In this document: positions 11,617 through 22,789 of the stretch, piece by piece | Position numbering within the stretch: position 1 is the first letter of the stretch | Layout of the letters: each line of letters begins with the position of its first letter | Source: Paraspadella gotoi | Lineage: Eukaryota > Animalia > Chaetognatha | Assembly (NCBI GenBank): GCA_051294375.1 | Contig: CM119267.1 | Coordinates: 12,843,081 to 12,907,080, forward strand | Direction of reading: 5' to 3' | DNA: 64,000 nucleotides | The notes under the pieces: generated by a model | What the model was told of the DNA's origin: nothing | The model's database searches: none | Seen by the model: the letters and a program-made list of their open reading frames with translations, nothing else | Program-made: the position numbers and the translations under genes

Positions 11617-14600
11617 TTGTTCTTTTTTTAAAAAGAAACCAGACCGAGGTCAAATTTAATATTTGCATATTTAATTAATTTATAAATAGTTATCACAACT
11701 CAAATAATTATTATTTAAAAAAGTTAAAAATGATTAAATATATACACTAAAAATATTTATAAATTTAATAATAGTACAAATTATCAGAATAACAAAAACA
11801 GTAATGTTTAATTTGACTATATCTCTCTTATCAACTCCTATTTTAGATATAATTTGCCAATAGTGGGCCAACCGGTCCAAGTTGCAATAATAAATAAAAA
11901 CAAAATTTTTTTTTAATAATGTGATGCATGCAATTATATTATTTGGCAAAAGTGCTGCATATATAATAGGTCACATTAGCTGATTTATATGTGACAATGC
12001 ATATCATTATAAGTTATTCTTCATTTTTTTAAAAATGTATCCACGAAAATCTCGGATGTAAATTTGGGATTTTGTATTGAGAAAAAAGCCCCGAATAAAT
12101 GGCGATAATAAAAGTTTTTAGAAGGAAAAACATAATCATAATTTTTCAAAAAAAGAACGATCACGCAAGAGAGAGAGAGAGCCGGAACTCGTTTACTCGT
12201 TTACTCGTCGCCTAGTGACGGTGGTGAAAAAAAAAGTGAATACAATTTTTTTTTTTTAAAGAAATATAGAGAGAGGGAGAGAGAGAAAGAGAAAGAGAGA
12301 GAGAGAGAGAACACAAAACGCGTTATTAGGTCATGTTCCTTGACATTGTTTACTCGTTTAACGGCCACGAAATCCAGGAAAAAGAGAAAAAGCGCGGAAT
12401 AAATGGTGATAATAAAAGTTTTTAGAAGGAAAAAAATAATCAGAGAGAAAGAGAGAGAGAGAGAGAGAGAGGAGAAAAAGAAAAAGAAAAACCGAATTTC
12501 GAAAAAGCAGCAACTGACAAAAATAGGAAAAAAAATCTATACATAATTTAAAGAAATAAAAGAAAGGCAAAAATATGTTACAATTGTTTACAATTGGAAA
12601 TTTTTCCAATTTTTTCCAATCGCAGCTTGTAAAAGATTTTATTTTTATTTGTATTAAAATTAAGATATAGCTTCTCATTAAAAAGTTATTTTGAGTTCCC
12701 ATTTTTATTATAGATTTAAATTTTTTTTTTGAATTTCATCTTTAATATTATATACTGCAATATGTAAATTAGATTAAAGCATTTCTATATACTAATTTGG
12801 ATATTATAATGAGTACTATAATCTCATTTGCATATTGCAGTAAATCATAATGAAGTGGAAATTCAAACAAAAAATACTTGAATCCAAATGTAATACGAAA
12901 ATATCAAAGCTATTTCAAGATGAGAAGCCATATTTAAATTTTTAACTTACTATGATCGCACACTTTTGTAAAACTTTATCATAATTCATAATAATTTTAT
13001 TTAAAAAAAACGGTAAGTCCCAACCAAACCTATAAAAGCGTAGTAGTTTTTATATAAAAATAGCGTGACGCCGACGAGACGACGCCGACGACGACGACGT
13101 CACAAAGAAGCAAATCTAAAACATTATAGAGCCTGAACCGGCTTCGCTGGTCATGGCTCGATAAAAATACAATAATATATTAATAAAATTTGAAATGATC
13201 ATTGTATAATAACATCATTTGGATCTTACCTCTTTTCATTTTGTCAGAAAATGTAATTTCCATAGTACTAATTTTACTTTTAGTTTGATTCATAATATTT
13301 TCATTCAAATTCTTCAAGTTATTTAGGGAATTTTTGTTTTGTTCCTGTCCACTGTTTAAATTTTTAATATCTTTAGCTAAGATGGTGATAGTCTTATTGA
13401 TTTCATCCAGTGTTTTGAAAATTATTTGGTTTTCAATCATTTCTGCCCTTGTTGTTTTAGAGATGTTCATGTTCTTTAAAAATAAATTTTCAATCTTTTT
13501 GTAATTATCATGTATTTGAAATATTAGTCCTTGAGTTGTTTTATTCATGTTTACATTGCAATCATTATGCTCAACAGAATCATTTTCTGTATTATTATTA
13601 TTTTTCATCTGTAATTTTTCATCTGTAATTATAATTTTTAAATCTTCAGTTATATTCTCTATTTTTAAATGGAATATAGAGTAGTGTTCATTAAGAATTC
13701 CTTCCATTTTTTTTGCTTCTTGTGATAACGCATCATTTATGTGGTCAAATCCTAAAATAAAAAAAGTATCTATTTAATGAAATGTGTTAATCCCTAAACA
13801 CGCAAACAACGTAATGAAAGCTAAGTATGGGTAAAATGAGTTTGAGCAAACAATGTTGGATCTTTCCACGATCCTTAGCGGTATCTAATTAATTAATTCA
13901 AGTTAATTAATTAATTATGCAATTAATTATTTAATTAATTTGATCCGAAATGTTTGTTTTTAGGTCTTTTCGTCACTGACCACGACAAAAGCAACGATGA
14001 CAATGATGGCGACGATGACAATAATGCCAATAACGATTGACTTACTTGATTGATTGAGAAATAAATTGATTGATTGAAAAATTAACTAATAAATAAGTAA
14101 ATTTATTTATAGAATAATAAATTGATTGATTAATTGACAGATTAATTAATTATTAATTAAATAATTGATTAATTAACTGATTAATTATTTGATTAATTTA
14201 CATTTAATATAAAAAGACAAAGAAGCATAATCAATTAGTGAAACAGGTTTTTTGTTTTTTTCCATTTAAACTCATTTCCACTCAAATGATTCCATCGACA
14301 CTAAATTTCCAGCTTAATCACACACTTTCCTACCCGCATAAAATAATTCAAGTCAATTGCCCCATCCACATCCAATTGGCATTCAAATAGTGAAATAAAT
14401 TTTTTTTCCATTTAAACTCATTTTCACTAGCACGATTCCATCGAAACTTCCTATCCAACTTCAAACACACATTTCCCTACCCACACACAAAATTTCATTC
14501 CAATCCATCCACCCAATCACAAGTAATTGGAGTTTTTTGATAAGGGTTACAGACGGACGGACGGACTTAATTTTTTTGCATAATTTATTATAATTCGATG

Positions 14601-17600
14601 TTCTGACATGATATAAGTGAATGCCCGACAAGATTGAGTGGGCGGACTGACGAAGTGGATTATAGATTCGACTAAAAAGAATATAACACTAGTAAAGTTA
14701 CAGTTATTGATAAATTTGAGTTATATAATTTAAATATATGATGTTTGTAAAATATTTGTAAAAAATTAGAATTTTTTTAATCCTTAATTATTGTTCTAAA
14801 TAACAAAGCATTATCTGCATTACGAAACTTGGGTCTGTTGAAATATTTAAGTTCCTATTGCTGCAAAAAATAACATTATGTGGCGGTATATTCACACCGC
14901 CTCACGTCCACCATCCTTCAGCCAAATCTATTGGCTCAGAGGGGGAACACACCATTCCAGGCGTAGTGTTCCATCCACAGTCCTAACGACTTCCCTCTGC
15001 GTTGGCAAAGCGAGACCGTCCTAGGCTAAACGCGCCTCTGAGGCGTCACTGAAGGTCGGAAGCCCCCAAAGCCAACAGTGAGATGCTCCATCCCAAGGGG
15101 CATCACAGGCAACCCGGCTGTTGCCATAATTAGCAGTGAAGAATTTTTGGGACACTCAGCTCAAGCCAAAGCAATGACAAAGTTTTTATATTTTTTGTAG
15201 TTCATTACTTTCCAGTAAAATAACAATGAACAATTTTAAATAAGCTTTTCCATGCATATATTGACCACTAAGTGCTCATAAAAACTGATATTATATAGTT
15301 TAGACTTTATGTGAAGTTTGATAGATTCAAAGGATGTAGATCACAAACCTGCTATGAGTTTCTCTTCTTTATTATGAGAGCTATAATTCCAAGAGTTCCA
15401 AAGTGAAATTATATTTTCTAGCATTAATTCATGTTTACCAAAAAATTCATCTGATTTATTATTCCAAATACCCTTAACACTTTGGGATAAATCTGAAACA
15501 GAATTTTTTAAGATTTTTTGTTCAAACGAAATTACACTAAAAACTTGACTAAAGCTTTTATTTATTTCTAAAAGTGATTCCTGTAAAGTTATGATAGAAT
15601 CACTCACATTTAAAATATTATCAATCGTTTTAGGACTTTGATGCTCCGAAAGATCGGTTGAGTTCAAATCCATTAAAATTTTGTGGAGGGAAGTTAATGT
15701 TAAAAGGATATGACAGTTTTCCTTATTTAAAATTGAAGTTGAATTTATGTTTTTATTTTTTTTCTCATCTGAAGTATGTGTTATATTGCTAATAAAAAAT
15801 TCAATAATGTCTTTAACATTATGTAAGTATTCTTTGGACCCAACCAACATCATTTCTTTTAACTGAAAACTCATGTTTCTCGCCTGTTGGACTCGAGCTA
15901 ATAATTCAGTTTCAATTATTGATGAATTAATGGTTTGAAAATCATTGTAAAAATTTGCTACGTTTTTGAAGCTCGGAATAATATTTTGTAAAAATTCTTG
16001 AGCTATCTCAGAAACGTTTGTACATGCTAGGATATTATCAGTAAAATGGTATTGTGATTTTGACGTTTGATTAAAAGTCATGACCTCCTGTTTAAGGGCA
16101 AAAAATGACTCAGATTGTAGTTTTATAGAGTCAAGTATTTGAGTAATTGCTTTTCTGTCAACAACTGAATTTAAAACATCTAATGTATAGTTTAAAACTT
16201 CATTTTGTTTTTTATCAAATTCACTCAATTTATTTAAAATAAACCCAATTGAGCTACTTAATTCATTGGTTTCATTATTTATTGATTTATTAAAATAAGA
16301 ATCATGATTATCTTTCGATAAATTATAAAGATTTGATAAATAGTAATAGATCATTGAAGAATTCTGTATTATTGCTTTTTGATTATGAAGTAATAATTTA
16401 TTTTGATAAAAGAGATTGGACATAATTTTTTCCATCATATCACTTGAATTTTGATAATCAGAAATATTTTGAAATTCATTGCATTGAGAAGGTAGCCATG
16501 GATTGTAATTTAAATAAGAATTAAACATAATGTTTGTCATTTTTTCTGCAAGGTTAGTATAATTTATTCTATTAGAATCAAACAAATCTGTAATAAAGTA
16601 CTCACTTAAATCACTTAGATATTCCGGTGTCTGACTGGATATATTCATTAGGAAATCGAGAATAGCTGAATTTTCAACCGCAGAATTACTTTCACTTAGT
16701 ATGGACTGAATAGAATTCAAACTCGAATTGTAATTTTTAAGAATATTTTGTAACTTGATCTTGAAATGAGTTACATTCGGGCTGGAAGATTCGGAAAGCG
16801 AATTGAGTTCTTGCATTTTCTTTCCGATACTTAATATTTCTTCTTCGGTTTTATTCAACAGTGCCAAAGTTTGCTTGTCATTAGATGAGTGCATTGATTT
16901 TTTCATTAAAGGTATAATGTGGTGGAGAGGATCGCATGGTTTTAATTTTAAGTCTCTCTCAATTCGCATTACGGAAGAATTTAGGGTCAGAAGTAAATCC
17001 AAGTGAGCAGATTCTTGATAAATGTATTCCTTCTCGTTTAGTTTATAAATCGAATTATTTAAATCCGACAAAATTGTATTTGTGTAGAAAGTAGTTTTAA
17101 TGGAATTTATACTCGTATTGTAAATTCCCAAAATTTCATTTAGCCTTATTTTAAAATCAGTAACATTTGGATCAGATGTGTCCACAAGTCCATTCAATTG
17201 GAGTATTTTTTCAGCTAGATCCAATATTTCATTTTCAGTCTTATTCCAAAGCTCTACAGCTTGTTTTACGAAAGACTTGTGCGTCGATTTTTTAACGGTT
17301 AATACGCGACTCTGAGCCGATCGGAGTTGATAGAGTTCTTCCTCAATTCTGGTTACTGAGTGATTGAGAGTTAACAGCAAATCTATCGATGGAAACTCAT
17401 CTCGAATGTATTCGCGTCGATTCATTTTATAAATGGTCTTGTTGAGTTGCAGCAAAATATCGAAAATGTTTTCGTTGGATTCGGCCGATCGAGCCAGCGG
17501 TTGCGGCGCTTCTAGCGTCGACGATAATGTGGGGACATTAAAAGACGTTTCGCTCGAAGGCGCCGGAAACTTTATGACAACAAGCGCGATGAGTATTAGG

Positions 17601-18703
17601 AGAAGTATCACGACGATGATCAAAAGAAAGAGCGCTATTCTCAACATTCTCTTGATCGAGTGCTTCTGCGACTGGCCGCTTCCCACGCTGGCGCTGGAAG
17701 CTCGGGAATTGTTGGTGGATTCCAAAAGCCTGGCTGAGCTGCCGCCAGGGATCGTGTTGCAACCAATGCCGAAGGAGAGGGGCTCGTTGGATTCCGCCGG
17801 CGATTCTGAGATCACTGTGCCGATCTTTGAAGAGGCCGGCCGGGATTCGACCGATAGTCTCGTGCCGAATTTGGAAGCGGAACCGAGCAGACGCCTCGCC
17901 GTACTAGGTTGACTCTCCTCCGCGGGTGTCAGGACGGTAACGCCGGTGGTTCCGGAGCCCACCGCGCTGACCTTCGAAGAAGTCGGCCGTGATGACGGCG
18001 GTCGTTTCGATGTATTCAACTGAAGCGAGGGTGCCGACCACGCCTCAACGGATCTCACTGACGCCGCAGTGGGCGGCCGCATCGGGAAATGTTTTAAGGA
18101 AGGTTGTGAGGATTTTCGTTCGCCCGAAGCCGCGTGCGGCGCCACGTTCGGATCGCCCATGCCATTCGAGACGGAGTCGAATTTATTGGCTTCAATTTTC
18201 GGAAACGTGCCAGTTTCAAAACGTGGAGACGGCGTGGAACTGATATTGACGCCGACTTTCGGAACGGGTCCCTGACTCTCGCGAACCTGTGCCTTGGTAG
18301 GAGGCGGATTCAGTTTTCCTTGTTTCGAATTTTTCTTTTTCTTTTTTCCTTTCGTCGTTTCTTCCAGAGGCGCAAGGATTGTCGCTAAACGAGCGTCACC
18401 GTTTGGAGCATTCAGCGGCGGAAGCGATGGCAGCGCTGAAGGTAGAGCCGGTGCCTTCAGCGGGGCTCGCGATCCGCCGCCGCCGCTTTTTAATCTGTCG
18501 ATGGTGCGACCGGATGCGCTCAACGGCGGGTGGGTAGAAGCAGAGGACGCGCCGATGACGACGCCGGGAGCCTCGACGCCGACCATGGAATCCCCGGAGA
18601 AGGAGGGACGGAGTTGAGGAAGTTTGCTGTCGTCAAGCTCGCTGTCAAACTCGTCCTCGTAGTCGATTATTTCGTCGAGACTGCTATTTTTTGGGACCGA
18701 CAT
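4241..18703 (-). CDS. Giant type II single-pass membrane glycoprotein with long helical/coiled-coil stalk and distal IgGFc-binding (FCGBP N-terminal-like) domain; spliced, 3' end not resolved
   Basis: Phase-consistent GT-AG exons: 18703-15349, 13751-13230, 11088-7442, 7378-7196, 5177-4967, 4899-4717, 4651-4485, 4394-4241 (8422 nt, ~2807 codons). TM segment RIALFLLIIVVILLLILIALVVI at ~17570-17640. Dense NxS/T sites. Distal exons encode GGTEFFIAFSNT..PNIFITS and KVVYTKADKEVSVFG..DGFLALPLPVWG. Confidence 0.82.
5201..6090. mobile_element. Tc1/mariner-like MITE (long TIRs, TA TSD) in an intron
   Basis: CATGGTGACAATTTTACAAGCGCCGGTAAAAAAA at 5201 is inverted at 6057-6090. TA on both sides. Inverted arms extend ~300 bp. 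Confidence 0.82.
6283..6885 (-). mobile_element. TRIM (two-LTR miniature retrotransposon), family A
   Basis: LTRs at 6283-6516 and 6669-6885. 4-bp TSD gttt. On the minus strand the PBS TGGTGAGCCCGAC follows the 5' LTR and a purine tract precedes the 3' LTR. Confidence 0.88.
11135..11345. repeat. ~21-bp minisatellite (GATGATAACCAAATATTGATGC-like) followed by (GA)n
   Basis: Tandem copies visible. A second array of the same family lies at ~20060-20360. Confidence 0.8.
13839..14672 (-). mobile_element. Helentron/HINE (DINE-1-like) non-autonomous element, family H1
   Basis: Reverse complement of the 22790 and 50093 elements: degenerate gtcggatctgc subTIRs, (GACG)n microsatellite, internal repeats of ~90 bp. 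Confidence 0.65.
14879..15128. mobile_element. Solo LTR-like element, family B (TG...TA ends, 4-bp TSD)
   Basis: TGTGGCGG...GTTGCCATA flanked by atta/atta. GC-rich with terminal hairpins. A second copy lies at 45490-45727. Confidence 0.7.
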
Positions 18704-19595
18704 TTTGATTTTTTTTTGTTTTTTTTTTTGAAATTTGTAATTTAAGGATCAGATATATTGGACAACAACTGTTATCCTTAATGAAGTTTTGTACGTAAAT
18801 TCGTTTTTATTTTTGTTTTGCCAGCAGAGCTTTTAATACTAGTCTTGGGGCATACAGTACTATTTTTTTCTCATTTTTGAAACTTGTGTTTCAGTTTAAA
18901 CACATAAATTACAACAATCGCAGGACATTAAATCTCAGAAGCGAATTCAATGTCGTTATTTCTCCACAACAAATGACCGAACAGGAAGTCGATGACCGAA
19001 TCGTCTGGTTTTCCCCGACGATCGCACGAATGCGAAGGAAAAGTTGACCCTTCCGATGAAAGGTAGGTGTTAAGGTAAGTAGATTTCGAAAACGAAAATT
19101 GGACACGCAATAAAATATTTCCGCGGTTCTTTGAACGAGGTTATTATTTTATTTTACATGATGGTCAAATTTAGTTACATAGTCTAATGTATACTCTTAA
19201 ATTTGATCAATGGAACCGAAGAAAGAAAAACTGAATAAAAATAAGCCACGGGTTCGTCTCCTACGGATTCTCTGATATTCTCGTACTCATGATTTGGGCG
19301 GAGTCAGAGACAGAGAGGGAAGATTCGCATTCCCTCATGCGACGACGACGGAAAAGACGACGACGACGACGAAGGCAGCATAGACCTCAAGAGGGGAGAC
19401 GGAAAGGACGAAAACCGCGAAATACGAATTGAAAGAAGTTGGGACATATGTCAAAGTCAACATTTGTTGTTGTTGTTGTTGTCACAGTGGTCATGGAACC
19501 GCCGAGTAAAAGTGGGTGATTGCTACTACCAGATAAAGTATTTAATTTATTTCGACATTGTGGTATAATCCTTTCTTTTCGTTGTGTAATAATTA

Positions 19596-19655
19596 TTAGA
19601 AAAGTTTGAAATGAATTTTCAACAACGATTTTATTTTTAATAAAAAACGGACATG

Positions 19656-19691
<36 letters not shown>

Positions 19692-19830
19692 TTCTTTATG
19701 CACATAATTTGTTTCAAATTCACTAACTTTTTAATGCTGATGAAGGCTTGTAGTTAAGCCGAAACATGTCCGTTTTTTATTAAAAATAAAATCGTTGTTG
19801 AAAATTCATTTCAAACTTTTCTAATTATTA
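19596..19830 (+). mobile_element. Penelope-like pLTR fragment with hammerhead (19737-19770) and ~60-bp inverted terminal duplication
   Basis: CTGATGA-A-GGCTT-gtagtt-AAGCC-GAAAC-ATGTC. 19596-19655 is the reverse complement of 19765-19824. Confidence 0.78.
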
Positions 19831-20059
19831 ATTTATTTCTAAAATTAAGACGAAAAAATAAATTTTAAAAGACTCATGGTCTCGCCAGAAAATTAATGAA
19901 AAAACCGGAAAAAAAACGAATGAATGATGCGATAACGAATTATTGATGGAATAGTGATTGATTGATGTAATAGTACTTGAATAATGTAATAGTAATTTAT
20001 TGATGTAATAGTACTTGAATAATGTAATAGTAATTTATTGATGTAATAGGAATTGATTA

Positions 20060-20360
20060 TTGATGCGATGATAACCAAATATTGATGCGATGATAACCAA
20101 AGGATTGATGCGATGATAACCAAAGGATTTATGCGATGATAACCAAATGATTGATGCGATGATAACCAAATATTGATGCGATGATAACCAAATGATGGAT
20201 TCGATGATAGTCTTTCATTGATGCGATGATAATCATTCATTGAAGCGATGACAGTCCTTCATTGATCGGATGGTAATCATTCATTGATGAGATGATAGTC
20301 ATTCATTAATGCGATGATAGTCATTCATTGTTGCGATGATAGTCATTCAATGACGCGATG
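20060..20360. repeat. ~21-bp minisatellite (same family as 11135-11345)
   Basis: Tandem gatgcgatgataaccaaa units grading into gatgatagtcattcatt units. Confidence 0.8.
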
Positions 20361-20889
20361 ACTCAATTAGAGAGAGAGAGAGAGATAAAGAGAGAGAGAG
20401 AGAGAAAAAAAAAGAGAAACAGAGAGAGAAAGAGAGACAGAGAGAGAAATCGTGAATCTAATTTGACGCCGTCGATCAAATAAGAGAGAGAGAGAGAGAG
20501 ACAGAAAGTGTACGAACACTTGCGGGTTTGTGCGACTACGAAATCGGGAATCTAATTTGACACCGTCGATCAAATAACTTTGTTTCCAAACATATTCTGA
20601 CTAAATCTCGGAGCGGTAAAATAAATCCATGAAAATCTCGGATGTAAATTTTGGATTTTGTATTGAGAAAAAAGCGCAAAATAAATGGCGATAATAAAAG
20701 TTTTTAGAAGGAGAAAAATAATCAGAATTTTTAGAAAAACGCACGATCACGCAAGAGATCGTACAGAGAGAGACAGAGACAGAAGAGAGAGAGAGAGAGA
20801 AGCTGGACAGCCGATTCAGAGCTGATCTCGTTTTTAGAGTTTTTTTAGGGTCGAACTCCTTTCCTTTCTATAAATAAATATTAAAAATC

Positions 20890-21912
20890 TTAAAAGCATA
20901 AGGATCGTCGCAATCGCATAAGAAATATCTGGATTGACGACAAATTTTGATACTAAAAAAATCAAATTTGAGAAAAATAAAGAAAAAAATATAAAAAAAA
21001 TAAATAAAATAAAGAATAATAAATATAAAACAGTAAAATAACTTATTTTCGAGTTTAATTTTTAGCAAGTGCTAAGTCTGGAGAGACATTATTGAAAGTA
21101 CTTTTGTTTTACTTTTAGCCCATATAAGCGAGCAGTTTGATCGAATGCGACCTCTCTAAACACTGTCAGCATTCCCAGACAAAAGACAAAGTAAAACTTG
21201 AATCAGACTAACGAAGTGAAGTAAAGACTAAAGTGAAGTAAAATGAAGTAAAGTAAAATAAAATAATAAAGTAAATATATATTAAAAAAAATATTATTCT
21301 GATTGATATTTAGAATATTTAGGAAAAAAAATTTACGAAAATCTTGGATGTAAATTTGGGAATAAATGGCAATAATAAAAGTTTTCAGAGGAAAAAAAAT
21401 AATCAGAGAGAGAGAGAGAGAGAAAAAAAATCGTTTTCAGACGAATCAGCAGCGGCAGCAGCAGAGGCACCCAGAAAAAAAGAAAGAAATCAAAAGGCAG
21501 CAGCAGAAGCAGCAGGAGAAAAGAGAGAAAAAGAAAGAGCCCCTGCAGAGCCAGCTGCAGACTCATTTTTTTTCCCTATGATTATGAATCAGTGACTAGG
21601 GAAAAGAGAGAGGGAGAGAGACATGTAATTAAAAGAGAAAAGAGAGAGAGAAAGAAATATGAAAATAAAAGAGAGAAAATTTGTTTGTTTTTTGATAAAA
21701 TGTAAACAAAACATATTTACTAACTGTCCAGACTCAATTTTAAGCATATCGATGATGAGAAGCTGTATATAAATTTTCAGCTTCATACACCCAAATTTAA
21801 TCATAAAAAAGGCGATCTATAATTTGGAACGCCGACGACAACAACGACGACGCCACTTATGGGCAAAAGCGTTACAATATCGTCGCAAACGCTAAGCGAT
21901 TGCGACGATAAA
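20890..21912 (-). mobile_element. Helentron/HINE-like element, family H2 (atcgtcgcaa subTIR)
   Basis: Hairpin atcgtcgcaaacgctaagcgattgcgacgat at 21879-21909 and subTIR atcgtcgcaatcgc at ~20904. A homologous start lies at 50960-51070 (+); end fragments at ~24740, ~24795 and ~27245. Confidence 0.55.
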
Positions 21913-22105
21913 AAAGAAATATTTGGGAATAGAGCCATTGTGGACGCAACAAGTTTCAGAGTAAGAAGGAATTTATTCTTCAATTCTATAACTATGGTAT
22001 TTACAAGGTCAAAGTTTGACCACAACGAGAAAGAGTAAACGATCGAGGGTGTAGTCGGGCATTGCCTAGGTTCACCCCGCCTATAAGCATGACACCTTCA
22101 GTCCT

Positions 22106-22392
22106 GACCCGGTGGCTCATTGAGTAAAGCCATCAGCTCATGACCACTAGGTACCGGGTTCAATCCCAACCCGGTACCTACCCTGCGGGAAGCGTGAGGA
22201 CGGCTGTAAGCCGCCTTGGGGGTGTGGCGAACCCTCAAGCCTGGTTCCAAGCCCAGGACCCGTTCCATAGCTACTAAAGGGGGTTATAGAAGTTATGGAT
22301 AGTCATCTTCTGCCCACTTTGCGTCTTATCCACAAGGGTAAGGTTGAAGGTAAGGTCACTGGTTTGACCGAGGTTGCGTGTTGTAGTTGTTC
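22106..22392 (+). mobile_element. tRNA-derived SINE
   Basis: A-box-like TGGCTCATTGAG and B-box GGTTCAATCCC in a tRNA-sized head (~22106-22180), then a GC-rich body and a (TGT)-like tail. No intact cloverleaf. Confidence 0.6.
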
Positions 22393-22789
22393 GTCCACAC
22401 CATATAAAAATTTTTTTGTACATTCAATGTATATTTCAAAATGTATAAATTTTCGTTTGAGCATTATCTCATTCAAAATTTTTGACTCCTCTATTCAGAA
22501 AAAAAAGAAATAGAGAGAGCGACATATAATTAAAAGAGAGCCGCTGGACAGCCGCTGCAGAGCTTTTTTGATGAATCAGAAGAAGCAGCGATGGAGTAAA
22601 AGAGAGAGAGAGAGAGCGATATACAATAGGGCGTTTAAAAATAACAATATATAACAAATCGAATCGTATAATAGTGTAAAAATTTTAAAACCGGATTTGA
22701 ATTCCTTACAAAAGTTGATATAAGAAAGTATAATCCATTTTAAGAAATTCTTCCATTAAGTTGGTTAAAAATGTTAAAAACTATTTTTA

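Noticed and set aside
17433-18745. Plus-strand ORFs opposite exon 1, and antisense ORFs at 43217-44458
   Set aside because: Shadow ORFs of GC-rich coding sequence with no independent motifs.
22106-22180. tRNA gene
   Set aside because: A and B boxes are present but the arms do not pair into a cloverleaf, and it continues into a SINE-like body.
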